The notes beneath the pieces are model-generated. The model searched no databases, had not been told where the DNA came from, and saw only the letters and a list, made by a program, of their open reading frames with translations. A stretch of DNA of 63,450 nucleotides, filler included, from a candidate division NPL-UPA2 bacterium Unc8 (lineage in GTDB: Bacteria; NPL-UPA2): assembly GCA_003574845.1 (NCBI GenBank). It is 4 parts of 4 records of this genome, joined end to end, with 100 filler letters (N's around TTAATTAATTAA, not from the genome) between each part and the next. Parts side by side here need not be neighbours in the genome. Positions count along the whole stretch, not along the records: positions 1 to 20,499 come from NDHY01000014.1; positions 20,600 to 38,485 come from NDHY01000015.1; 2 more parts are not named here. The stretch is one strand, 5' to 3'. The translations under genes and the position numbers were made by a program. The stretch's first letter is position 1, and each line of letters starts with the position of its first letter. Shown here in pieces: positions 18,092 to 27,189 of the stretch.

Positions 18092-19225
18092 TCACTCTGC
18101 TGGAAAGCGTTGCAGCGTCTCAAGGATGTCTTCTTTCCACTTAAATCTTAGCCGCTGACGCTTTTCCCACAGTTTTTTCTGTAGAACAAATCCAACGACC
18201 AGCGGCAGAGAAACCGTTGGCTCAACGAATGCCATTGCTTTAGTAGCCTGCTTACTTATTTTCCCCCATGAGGTTGCTTCATCAAAAGTGCTGCCGCTCA
18301 ATCCTCCCCAATGCGGAGAATCGGTAGTAAGCTGAAAAGCATAGCTGTGTCCGCCGGTGTTTTTTCCAAATATATAGCCCATCACCACAGAATCATTGAT
18401 AAAATTCTTGGGCACGCCACCGGCAACATAGATTGCTGCTGTTTTTCGTGACTTTAATATTATTTGTGTCAGCTCATAATTATCCCTGATTGCATCAAGA
18501 ACAATGTGAGGCTTGCCCTCTTTTTTTCTTAAATGATAGTGCCCTGTTAACCCAATGCCGATACTTGAGTCATTTAACGCTGGAGAAAAGACAGGTACTC
18601 CCAATTTAGCAGCAGTTCTCAGAATAGAATTCTCATCTTTTATCTCCTCGCCTAATAAGTGAAGAAACTCACGGCTGGAGTAACTCTTTTGTGGCAGCCG
18701 ATGGGCAAATCCCTCTATCCAGCTATCAACTTTGAGGAACTTTTCATCATCTACATATGTATCATAAATACGGTTAATAAAGAGCTCTCTTAAGTGGACA
18801 TCATTAGCAAGAGGAGAGCCAATATAATGCTTATGCCCCAATGCCTGGTAGATATCCTGATAGAAAATTGCTCCGGTGGAAACGATTGTATCCACAATGC
18901 CATAAGCAATCATATCCCTGATAACTTCTCTCAAACCCCCGGCAATAAGGGGTCCTGCTAATCCAAGCAGGACTGTAGGGCGTGCTTTATCCTGCAACAT
19001 ATTTTTATATACTGAGGCGCACTGACCAATTGCTCGCGCCTGAATAGACATAGACATATAAGAGGTAACCAGGTCATCTATTGTCCTGACTTCAATTAGG
19101 TCAACGGACTTAACCTGCTTTGAAAGCAATTTTCTCTTCTGGCTCCGCTGCGACTTGTTTAGCTTCTCCTCCATACAGATTTTTTCCAGCTCACTGCACC
19201 CTGGATAACTCTCTTTTTTCTTCAT
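18092..19225 (-). CDS. Deoxyhypusine synthase-like protein (possibly a homospermidine synthase)
   Basis: IVSTGA, RIYDT, PALNDSSIG, GGVPKNF, WGGLSGSTFDEATSWGK. Confidence 0.88.
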   Translation of the reverse strand: MKKKESYPGCSELEKICMEEKLNKSQRSQKRKLLSKQVKSVDLIEVRTIDDLVTSYMSMSIQARAIGQCASVYKNMLQDKARPTVLLGLAGPLIAGGLREVIRDMIAYGIVDTIVSTGAIFYQDIYQALGHKHYIGSPLANDVHLRELFINRIYDTYVDDEKFLKVDSWIEGFAHRLPQKSYSSREFLHLLGEEIKDENSILRTAAKLGVPVFSPALNDSSIGIGLTGHYHLRKKEGKPHIVLDAIRDNYELTQIILKSRKTAAIYVAGGVPKNFINDSVVMGYIFGKNTGGHSYAFQLTTDSPHWGGLSGSTFDEATSWGKISKQATKAMAFVEPTVSLPLVVGFVLQKKLWEKRQRLRFKWKEDILETLQRFPAE

Positions 19226-19358
19226 AATGGTTAACTCCTGAATGGAATGAATACCACAATGGAATGAATACCACCATCAGAGAGAATAAGCAAGAAAATA
19301 GTAGACCTGGCAGCAAAATTAGAAGACATGTAGTAGCTGAAACACTATTACTTTTTTC

Positions 19359-19413
19359 TTGACAAAAAAAATGGGTGTGGTACAATTTCATTGCAAATGA
19401 AACTTAACAGCAA
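19359..19413 (+). promoter_or_regulatory. Sigma70 promoter of the Fur-family gene plus an imperfect operator downstream
   Basis: TTGACA-16 bp-TACAAT with extended -10 TG; TTGCAAATGAAACTTAACAGCAA at 19391-19413 resembles the palindrome at 19871. Confidence 0.65.
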
Positions 19414-19428
19414 TTATAAGAGTCCTCA

Positions 19429-19854
19429 ATGAGAATAGAGAAAGATAAATTAAGAGACTATTTGAGAGTGAATGGCTTGAAGTTTACTCCGCAGAGACAG
19501 CTTATTTTAAAGGAAGCCTTTTCTACTCATCGCCATTTTGAAGTGGATGACCTTTTCATTCGTATACGTCGGCAGGATAAGCAAATTGCCCGTTCTACCA
19601 TTTACCGCACTCTGAGGCTTCTGCTGGAATGCGGCCTTCTGCGGGAGGTTTTCTTTGAGGAGAAACATAGTCATTATGAACACATCCTGGGGCATGAGCA
19701 TCATGACCATCTCCTCTGCCTGAAGTGTAAGCGGGTAATTGAGTTCAGCAATGGTTCCATAGAGAACCTTCAGGAGAAGGTGTGCCGGGAGCACGAGTTC
19801 CAGTTTAAGGGACACCGGCTTCAAATTATGGGTTATTGTAGCCGATGCCAGTAA
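19429..19854 (+). CDS. fur: Fur family transcriptional regulator
   Basis: TPQRQLIL, STIYRTL, HEHHDHLLCLKC, C-terminal GYCSRC. Confidence 0.92.
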   Translation: MRIEKDKLRDYLRVNGLKFTPQRQLILKEAFSTHRHFEVDDLFIRIRRQDKQIARSTIYRTLRLLLECGLLREVFFEEKHSHYEHILGHEHHDHLLCLKCKRVIEFSNGSIENLQEKVCREHEFQFKGHRLQIMGYCSRCQ

Positions 19855-19870
19855 AAATTTTAAGATATAA

Positions 19871-19893
19871 TTGCAATTGAGTGTCAATTGCAA
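19871..19893. promoter_or_regulatory. Perfect 10-3-10 palindromic operator upstream of the feo genes
   Basis: TTGCAATTGA-GTG-TCAATTGCAA immediately after TATAAT. Confidence 0.7.
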
Positions 19894-19916
19894 AAGGTTT
19901 AAAAGTAGGACCGGAA

Positions 19917-20399
19917 ATGACAAAAGATGCCAGGAAGATAGCCATTGTCGGCAGTCCCAATGTGGGTAAGAGCGTCCTGTTTAATAACCTCACCAAACGC
20001 TATGTAACCGTATCAAATTATCCCGGCACAACCGTTGAGGTTGCAAGAGGCAAGATTCAAATCGGAGAAATAGAATGCGAAATAATAGACACCCCGGGAA
20101 TGTATTCATTCTCCCCCATTACCGAAGAAGAGAGGGTGGCCAGAAGAATCTTAGTTAAGGAAAACCCTGACCTGGTTCTTCATGTAATAGATGCCAAAAA
20201 TTTAGAGAGAATGCTTCCTTTAACGCTTCAGTTGATTGAAGCGCATCTATCCCTGATATTGGTTCTTAATATTATGGATGAAGCTAAAACGACAGGCGTT
20301 GAAATAGACATTAAATTGCTGGAGAAAGAATTGGGGATACCGGTTGTGGGAACAGTCTCCACCACCGGCAAAGGAATGGATGTTTTGCAAAGGAGGTAG
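19917..20399 (+). CDS. FeoB N-terminal GTPase domain as a stand-alone ORF
   Basis: GSPNVGKS, VSNYPGTTVE, DTPGMYS, NIMD; TAG stop followed by the feoA RBS and ATG. Confidence 0.85.
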   Translation: MTKDARKIAIVGSPNVGKSVLFNNLTKRYVTVSNYPGTTVEVARGKIQIGEIECEIIDTPGMYSFSPITEEERVARRILVKENPDLVLHVIDAKNLERMLPLTLQLIEAHLSLILVLNIMDEAKTTGVEIDIKLLEKELGIPVVGTVSTTGKGMDVLQRR

Positions 20400-20402
20400 C
20401 AG

Positions 20403-20499
20403 ATGCCAGTAGTAAAGTTACTAAATGAGTTAAAGCCTGGTGAGGGGGCCAGAATTGTAAAGGTTGGTGGTGGGGGGGCTATCCGCCGACGGCTCCTGG
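20403..20499 (+). CDS. feoA: FeoA family protein, 5' part (cut by contig end)
   Basis: AGGAGG RBS; MPVVKLLNELKPGEGARIVKVGGGGAIRRRLL. Confidence 0.8.
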
Positions 20500-20599
20500 N
20501 NNNNNNNNNNNNNNNNNNNNNNNNNNNNNNNNNNNNNNNNNNNTTAATTAATTAANNNNNNNNNNNNNNNNNNNNNNNNNNNNNNNNNNNNNNNNNNNN
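20500..20599. other. Artificial contig linker
   Basis: N44-TTAATTAATTAA-N44 (six-frame stop spacer). Confidence 0.98.
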
Positions 20600-20637
20600 A
20601 TATTTCTCATCGCTGTTTTTCTTGCCCTGAGCGCATT

Positions 20638-20703
20638 CCCTAGAGAGTACCTTGAGTTCCCTAGAGAGTACCTTGAGTACCCTTAGAGAGTACCTTGAGT
20701 ACC
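20638..20703. repeat. About 21-bp tandem repeat x3
   Basis: ccctagagagtaccttgagt(t/a) three times. Confidence 0.85.
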
Positions 20704-20723
20704 TTTAAAAATTGAGGGAAGAA

Positions 20724-22559
20724 ATGATAAAAGATGGGGTAACCACCGAGGCGGTGATCGGGCTTTGGTTTTATGATAGGGCAGTAAAAGCTATTGACGA
20801 GAGAAATTATGATTATGCCATTAATCTTCTTCAGTTATCTCTATCTATTGACCCGGGGTCCTCGCGAGCAAGGTCTCTTCTTATAGTTGCCAGGAAGAAA
20901 AAATTTCAGACAAGTAATCCGCTGCGCCGCCAAATAAAGGGAATAGTCTTGATGCTCCAGGGATTTTTCTTTGAAAAATTAAAGAAGTGGGACAGAGTAA
21001 TTGAAAAATATGAGTATTTGTTTTCAATTGTTCCTCTTCAGGCTCCAATACTACCCCGCTTAGGAGATATCTACCTTAGAAAAGGGATGATAGATAAAGC
21101 AATAGGAGTTTATCAGATGACGTTGATACTTCAGCAGGACAATCTTTACACACTGCTGCGATTGACAAAACTACTGCACGAACAAGGAAAGACAAAAGAA
21201 GCAGTGCAACACTGCAAGAAATACTTGAAGGTAAAACCAAATGATTTTACTGTTGGGCAGGAGTTCAAAAATCTTGAGGCGCTGATAGTAATAGATAAAG
21301 GAAAGTGGGAAGATAAGTCATCCCTCGTTGAAGGAGCCATCAGGCGCCAGTCTGAGGAAGCGAAAGTTGCCAAGGAAACGGTTTCAAAAATTGATGTTGG
21401 CTCCTGCCTTCAGGCAGCAGAAACCTTCGTTGACCAGAATCGCTGGGACGATGCCATCAGTGAATATAAGAAGGTAACTGTAGCTGCTCCGGATAATATT
21501 GCGGCTCATCAGGCGCTTGGTGAGCTTTACATTCGCGGAAGGTGGTTTGAAGAGGCAATAGAAGAATATGAAAAGGTGGTTGCCCTTGACCCCAAAAAAA
21601 AGGCAGTGCTTAATACTCTGGCAGGCCTTTATGTCAGAAAGGGGGATATTACCTGTGCGATAGAAAAGTATGAAAAAATAATTTTACTGTTTTCTAAAGA
21701 AGTCCCAACCTACCGCCTGTTAGGCGACCTTTACCTTAAGAAGGGAAATATAAAGAAGGCAATTGAGAATTATCAGCAGGTGGCAGAACTTGACCCCCAA
21801 CATTCTGCTATTTACACAATCATTGGCGATCTTTACCTTAAACAAGAGGAATTACCAAAGGCAATTGGGGAATATAAAAAGCAGATGGCTCTTGAGCCGG
21901 CAAATCCGATACTAATTGAGCGGCTTGGCGATCTTTATCTGAAAAAAGGTGAGCTTGGACAGGCAAAAGAAAGCTACTCTAAAGCCGCGCAAATTGAGCC
22001 GGCAAACAAGTCTATTGCCGGAAAAATAAAGGAAGTAGAGCTTAGAAAGACTGATGCCATTCTCAAACACTATGAGTTGCTGCTAAAATCCAATCCGAAA
22101 AATGAGGAGCTAAAGAAAAAAATAGCCAGAGCCCATCAGGATAAACTTAAAATGAGAGTTGGCGTTTGCGTGGAAAAAATCAAAGAGAATCCTGGCGATA
22201 CCTCCCTCCACCTTGAATTGGGGAAGCTCTATCAGGAAGAGGGAATGCTTGACGAAGCGTTAGTTGAGTTTCAAGCCTGTGTCAACGAGTCATCCTTACG
22301 GCAAATGGCACTTTATTCCATTGGAGCCTGTTTTGAAAAGAAGGGAATGCTTGATATGGCTATTAATCGTTTAGAGGCAGCACTGGCAGCAGGCACGGGA
22401 TTAGTGGATGGGCAGACAAAGGATATTCTATATAAATTAGGTAATATATCTGAAGCTAATGGAGATAGAGAAAGGGCGCTTTCTTTCTATAAGAAAATCT
22501 ACGAAACCGATATCGCCTACAGGGACGTAGCTAAAAAAGTAGAATCAGGCTATCTATAA
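20724..22559 (+). CDS. Tetratricopeptide repeat protein
   Basis: Many LGDLYLKKG..AIE.Y TPR units; C-terminal IYETDIAYRDVAKKVE. Confidence 0.88.
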   Translation: MIKDGVTTEAVIGLWFYDRAVKAIDERNYDYAINLLQLSLSIDPGSSRARSLLIVARKKKFQTSNPLRRQIKGIVLMLQGFFFEKLKKWDRVIEKYEYLFSIVPLQAPILPRLGDIYLRKGMIDKAIGVYQMTLILQQDNLYTLLRLTKLLHEQGKTKEAVQHCKKYLKVKPNDFTVGQEFKNLEALIVIDKGKWEDKSSLVEGAIRRQSEEAKVAKETVSKIDVGSCLQAAETFVDQNRWDDAISEYKKVTVAAPDNIAAHQALGELYIRGRWFEEAIEEYEKVVALDPKKKAVLNTLAGLYVRKGDITCAIEKYEKIILLFSKEVPTYRLLGDLYLKKGNIKKAIENYQQVAELDPQHSAIYTIIGDLYLKQEELPKAIGEYKKQMALEPANPILIERLGDLYLKKGELGQAKESYSKAAQIEPANKSIAGKIKEVELRKTDAILKHYELLLKSNPKNEELKKKIARAHQDKLKMRVGVCVEKIKENPGDTSLHLELGKLYQEEGMLDEALVEFQACVNESSLRQMALYSIGACFEKKGMLDMAINRLEAALAAGTGLVDGQTKDILYKLGNISEANGDRERALSFYKKIYETDIAYRDVAKKVESGYL

Positions 22560-22612
22560 CAATTTCGGATGGAGACTCCCTTCTTAGCGGGGTTCAGCCG
22601 CTCGGGAGGAGC

Positions 22613-24340
22613 CTACTGCTCCACCGGGTCAACATCCACCTTAACCCCCGCCTTATTCCACCTTGAAGAAGAGAGTTCTCCTCTTATTACCCTCCGCATC
22701 CCCGCCAAGTTTTCCCCTTTGATAATTATCTGCTGTCCCCTCATCCCTGCTTTCGATGGAAGGATTTCCACTCCCTCATCGCGATTAGCTTCTAATATTG
22801 CGATAAGCCTCCTGAAAGCTTCCTCATCCTTTATCATTATATTAATCAGAGAGGTAAATGGAGGATAGTTTAACTGGCGACGGAACTCTACCTCCTCTCT
22901 GTAAAACTGCGGGTAATCACCAACGTTTAAAATACTATAGTGAGCGGGATTGTAGGTCTGGATAATTACTTTACCATTTTGCTTGCCCAAAAGAGAATTG
23001 CTCACCTGTGTGAGAAGCTGAAACATTTTCTCGGCAGCCCGAAAATTACCGATATTAAGAATAGTATCGGCGGAGATAATCCCGACAAGGGAGAGGCGCT
23101 CGCCACCCAATTCTTTGAGAACTGCCTGTGTCCCTATTAAAATATCTATCTTCCCGCGGCGAAATAAACTAATTGTTTCTTCATACTTTGTGCCTTTGTG
23201 CCTTTGTGCCCTTGTGCCTTCTTCATAGGCTGTGCCTGCTTTTCCCAAACGAGCGTTAGGGAAAAGCCTTCCTACCTCATCTATAAGCTTCTGCGTCCCT
23301 GCCCCGCGGCGGCTGATGAAGAGAACCGTCTGCTCGCCTCTTCTGAGGCAGGCTTCTATCTCCTGACGCAGCTCAAGAGAAAGCGCCCAGCGAACCCTGC
23401 GGCTGCTAAATTCACGGCGGAGGTCGGCAATCTCAATCTCAGGGAGCTCTTTTTTCTCCCCTGCAGGAGAAAGCACCATCAATTTATATTTTCCGCGCTC
23501 TGCCTGAAAATACGACTCAAGGGAAGGAGCCTGCGCCCCGAGAATGAGGGGAACTTTCCAGAGCCTGGCTCTCTCCAATGCCACTTCCCGCGCATGGTAG
23601 GCAGGGGTTCTTTTTTCTTTATAGAGAGGGTTACTTTCTTCATCAACGATAATCAGCCCGAGGTTCACAAGTGGAGCAAATACCGCCGACCTTGTGCCGA
23701 TAACAACTCTTGCCGCACCACTCCTCATTCTCAACCACTCGTGATACCTCTCCCAGGGTAGGAGGCGACCATGCAAAATAGCAATCTTTTCTCTAAATTG
23801 GAAGCGCAGTAAATTCAGGATATTTTGAAAGTGGGAAACCTCGGGAAAAAGGACCAGTGCCTGCCTGCCCTGCTTCAGGGCTTGCTTGATTGCCTGAAGG
23901 TAAAATTCTATTTTTCCACCTCCCCTATTTGCGTGATGAAGAAGTGTTACTGATGATGATAACGATTCAGCCGGTGGGGAAGAGAGCTCCTCCGGAGAGA
24001 AGCTCTTCTTTTTTTTCATTCTTACCCCGGGAGGAAAAGCCGCATGCAGCGCCTCTCCCCAGGGGCAGCAGTAGTAATCACTCACCCATCTGGTCAGCTT
24101 CAGCATCTCTCCATCAAAGATTGGGGATGAGTCAACTATTTCGGCTATCTCCCTCAGGCTGACATCCGGCTTCTCCCGGGAAAGACCCACCACATATCCT
24201 GTGAGCTTTCTCCCGGAGAAGGGGACAACTACCCGCACGCCGGGGATTACCTCGCCGGTCATTTCCTCGGGGAGCGCATAGTAAAATGCCTTCTCCACCG
24301 GAACCCCAACGACTACCTTTGCGTAGGAGCGCATTAGCAT
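22613..24340 (-). CDS. priA: Primosomal protein N' (reduced and degenerate)
   Basis: 3'-binding domain (PGVRVVVPF, WVSDYY), VVIGTRSAVFAP, GLIIVDEE, YHAREVA, DILIGTQ, IIQTYNP, YPPF. Confidence 0.85.
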   Translation of the reverse strand: MLMRSYAKVVVGVPVEKAFYYALPEEMTGEVIPGVRVVVPFSGRKLTGYVVGLSREKPDVSLREIAEIVDSSPIFDGEMLKLTRWVSDYYCCPWGEALHAAFPPGVRMKKKKSFSPEELSSPPAESLSSSVTLLHHANRGGGKIEFYLQAIKQALKQGRQALVLFPEVSHFQNILNLLRFQFREKIAILHGRLLPWERYHEWLRMRSGAARVVIGTRSAVFAPLVNLGLIIVDEESNPLYKEKRTPAYHAREVALERARLWKVPLILGAQAPSLESYFQAERGKYKLMVLSPAGEKKELPEIEIADLRREFSSRRVRWALSLELRQEIEACLRRGEQTVLFISRRGAGTQKLIDEVGRLFPNARLGKAGTAYEEGTRAQRHKGTKYEETISLFRRGKIDILIGTQAVLKELGGERLSLVGIISADTILNIGNFRAAEKMFQLLTQVSNSLLGKQNGKVIIQTYNPAHYSILNVGDYPQFYREEVEFRRQLNYPPFTSLINIMIKDEEAFRRLIAILEANRDEGVEILPSKAGMRGQQIIIKGENLAGMRRVIRGELSSSRWNKAGVKVDVDPVEQ

Positions 24341-24378
24341 AAAAAAAGCCCCCGCGGGAACTTCCCGCAGGGGCTTTT
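24341..24378 (-). terminator. Intrinsic terminator of the porin-like gene
   Basis: Minus strand AAAAGCCCCTGCGGGAA-G-TTCCCGCGGGGGC-T7. Confidence 0.85.
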
Positions 24379-24400
24379 CAAAAGTCTCTCTTCTCAATCC

Positions 24401-25765
24401 TTAGAAGCTAAGCTCAGCTCCAATTCTTGTCAGGTGAGCGGTTTTAGTTCCAAGAGCCGCAAGAGCGGCGCCTGGTGCGAATCTCCCCATTGTAAAGTCA
24501 AGCGTAACAACTTCAGTGAGGGCGTATCTCACACCAAAGTTTAGCTCGGTGCCAACATCATCACTGGCGCGGGGAGCAACCGCATCTCTGGTAAAATCAA
24601 TGTAGTTTAAGGAAACGCCGACACCCGGCATAGGTGATGCCTTAAAGCCAAGTCCCCAGAGATTGAGATTGGTATTTAGGGCTCCCACCCTCGCCGCGAG
24701 GAAGGCATCATCCTTTATCTCATTGACGACTACAGTGCCAAAATCTACATCTTTAAACATCGGCCTAAAAGCTTCATCTGTCCTTGGCGTTGCAGGGTCA
24801 TCTCCGCTTAAAGAAGCCCACCGAAGGCTCACTGCTCCCATATCCATAGCAGCTCCAATTTCAAAATAGAGAGCATCAGCATCAAGTCCCACAGGCGTTC
24901 CTCTTATAGTTACATCTCCTGTCTGAAAAATCATACCTCCACTAACTAAGAGACCAATGTCACCAATACCCAGGCCGCCAATGCCGGGAATGTCTCCAAC
25001 AAGCCCTAATAGATTACCGCTTCCGCTGATTGCCATTGACCTTATTCTGTCATCAACAGCAGGAGCAGTCTTTCTATCTATCAGCTCATAGTAACCCATG
25101 TTAACGGTGATGGCAGGCTCAGGATGCTCATAGACTACATGAAACCCCATGAGGTCATCATCCGGCACGAGGCGGCCCATGCGGGCATCCGCAATTTTTG
25201 CAAAGAACGCATCCACCACTACAGGCTCAAATGGAATGGAAAGCCTGACGGCATCAAAGTCGTCATCAATCTGCATAGAGTCGCCGAGCGCAATCGGCTG
25301 ACGGCCGATGATGAGGTCAATTGGTTGACCGGCTACGTTCGCCATAGTGATGTATGCCCAATCCAGGAGAACATCAAATTCACGAGCAACAGGGCCTCCC
25401 CACGCTCTTTCATTGGACAGCCGGGCAACGACGACTACATCATTAGCAAGGTCGGCTTCCATCAGGAGCCGGGTCCTCGTCTCCAGCCATGCCTCATTCT
25501 CTCTGCCAGTTCCTGTTCCTGTTGAAGCGCCAAAGAACATATCCGACCAATTGAGATGACGCACACGAACCGCGCCGCCAATCTTAATATCCACCTCATC
25601 TGCCACCTCTTCCACCGGCGGTACCCATACCTCTTTTGCCGGCGCTACCGGTACTCTTGCCGGCGCTACCGGTACTCTTGCCGGCGCTACCGGTACCTCT
25701 TTTGCCTCGGCAGTTGCTGCAAGACCAAGCCCGCACACCAAGGCAAAAATCATTAAATATTTCAC
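24401..25765 (-). CDS. Outer-membrane beta-barrel protein (alginate export/porin-like)
   Basis: Signal peptide ending AEA, alternating beta strands, SGDD loop, C-terminal Phe; 21-bp x3 repeat encoding VPVAPAR. Confidence 0.8.
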   Translation of the reverse strand: MKYLMIFALVCGLGLAATAEAKEVPVAPARVPVAPARVPVAPAKEVWVPPVEEVADEVDIKIGGAVRVRHLNWSDMFFGASTGTGTGRENEAWLETRTRLLMEADLANDVVVVARLSNERAWGGPVAREFDVLLDWAYITMANVAGQPIDLIIGRQPIALGDSMQIDDDFDAVRLSIPFEPVVVDAFFAKIADARMGRLVPDDDLMGFHVVYEHPEPAITVNMGYYELIDRKTAPAVDDRIRSMAISGSGNLLGLVGDIPGIGGLGIGDIGLLVSGGMIFQTGDVTIRGTPVGLDADALYFEIGAAMDMGAVSLRWASLSGDDPATPRTDEAFRPMFKDVDFGTVVVNEIKDDAFLAARVGALNTNLNLWGLGFKASPMPGVGVSLNYIDFTRDAVAPRASDDVGTELNFGVRYALTEVVTLDFTMGRFAPGAALAALGTKTAHLTRIGAELSF

Positions 25766-26067
25766 TACTTCCTCCTTTTTACTTCCACTTCATACATCAT
25801 CTGCTCCACCATGAAGCAGTCAACTATTTACTCACGACTACGTCACCCCAATTTTTTTATCATCACCTCCCTGACCTTTCTAATTGGGATTTGATGGCAC
25901 CAACAACAACTTTGGTCAAAGTTACCACACCGCTCAAATCTTGTCAAGCCTCTAATTATTTTTTTTCCTCTTCACTTTGTGTCTTTGTGCCTTTGTGCCT
26001 TCCTGTAGCGTCGTCAAAACTGCAAACCGCGGGAAGTAAAAAAAATCCCGCGGATAACCTGATTTTT

Positions 26068-26478
26068 CTATCGTTTTGAGAACTGGAACCTTGCTCTTGC
26101 TCCTTTTTGTCCGTATTTCTTTCTCTCCACTGTGCGAGGGTCTCGGGTTAGGAGTCCTGCTTTTTTTAAGGCGGGCCTTAGATTCTCATCAGCCTTGACC
26201 AGTGCCCTGGTAATGCCGTGCCTGAGCGCACCAGCCTGCCCCGAGCACCCTCCTCCTATTATTTTTGCACGCACATCAAATTTACCAGCCATTTCAGCCA
26301 CCTGAAATGGCTGATTAACAAGAGCTGTCCATGCCTCCCGCGGAAAGTATTGAGAGAGCTTTCTCCCGTTTACCATTACCTTTCCGCTGCCAGGGAAAAG
26401 TATCACTCTGGCAGATGCCTCTTTCCTTTTTCCTGTCGCCTGGAATTGCACTTTTGTCATTCTAATAGCTTTCGTCAT
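26068..26478 (-). CDS. rpsI: 30S ribosomal protein S9
   Basis: [38 protein letters not shown]...FQFSKR. Confidence 0.97.
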   Translation of the reverse strand: MTKAIRMTKVQFQATGKRKEASARVILFPGSGKVMVNGRKLSQYFPREAWTALVNQPFQVAEMAGKFDVRAKIIGGGCSGQAGALRHGITRALVKADENLRPALKKAGLLTRDPRTVERKKYGQKGARARFQFSKR

Positions 26479-26645
26479 TCTAATAGCTTTCAGCTTTCAG
26501 GAACAATCGTCGGAAATCGCACCGCTCTAAACAGTCTACAGTCTACAGTCTACAGTTCACAGTTTACAGTTTACCTGTCTGCGTGCAACCGCACAGGCAG
26601 GCAGTTCTGACTTCTGACTTCCAATCACCAATCACCATTCACCAA
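26455..26645. repeat. Repeat mosaic between rplM and rpsI (AGCTTTC, ACAGTCT, TTCTGAC, AATCACC heptamers plus a CCTG..CAGG palindrome)
   Basis: Same module order as 50865-50984. Confidence 0.85.
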
Positions 26646-27053
26646 TTTTTGTGCCTGATGCGGATGTTCGGAGCTGGCATAAATCCTTACTTTTTTTAGC
26701 ATTGCCCGACCCAACTTATTGTGCGGGAGCATTCCTTTAATTGCTAACATTAATGTCTTCTCCGGCTTTTTCTCAAGCAGGGTTTTTAGCTTAACCTGCT
26801 TTAATCCGCCCGGGTACCCGGTATGACGATAATATATCTTTTTCTCTTGCTTGCGTCCTGTCCAGAGAACATCCTTAACATTGATTATTACCACATGGTC
26901 CCCGGTGTCAAGATGAGGAGAATAAATCGGCTTTTCCTTTCCGCGCAGGATGTGCGCCACCCGTGCCGCAAGCCTCCCTGCAACTCTACCACTGGCATCA
27001 ATAAGATACCATTTCCTCTCAATATCCCCGGCATGCGGGCTAAAAGTTTTCAT
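26625..27053 (-). CDS. rplM: 50S ribosomal protein L13
   Basis: [50 protein letters not shown]. Confidence 0.97.
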   Translation of the reverse strand: MKTFSPHAGDIERKWYLIDASGRVAGRLAARVAHILRGKEKPIYSPHLDTGDHVVIINVKDVLWTGRKQEKKIYYRHTGYPGGLKQVKLKTLLEKKPEKTLMLAIKGMLPHNKLGRAMLKKVRIYASSEHPHQAQKLVNGDW

Positions 27054-27146
27054 TTTAAGTTTTTCGGGCTTGAACAAGGAACAAGGTCTTTCCTTGACTC
27101 TTCACCTTGAACCCTGAACCTTGAATCTTTTTCTCAATGAAGTTAG

Positions 27147-27175
27147 CTTATACCATAGCAATACTTACTTGTCAA
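27147..27175 (-). promoter_or_regulatory. Sigma70 promoter of rplM-rpsI
   Basis: TTGACA-17 bp-TATAAG with extended -10 TG. Confidence 0.7.
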
Positions 27176-27189
27176 GCACCCAAATTGCA

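Noticed and set aside
19191-19391. 66-aa minus-strand ORF
   Set aside because: It overlaps the fur promoter and the DHS start and has no recognisable motif.
20500-20599. TTAATTAATTAA palindrome (also at 38530 and 55663)
   Set aside because: Identical spacer centred in N-runs: an artificial six-frame-stop linker, not biology.
20638-20703. Possible mini-CRISPR (also 41851-42047)
   Set aside because: The repeats are directly tandem with no unique spacers, and there are no cas genes in the window.
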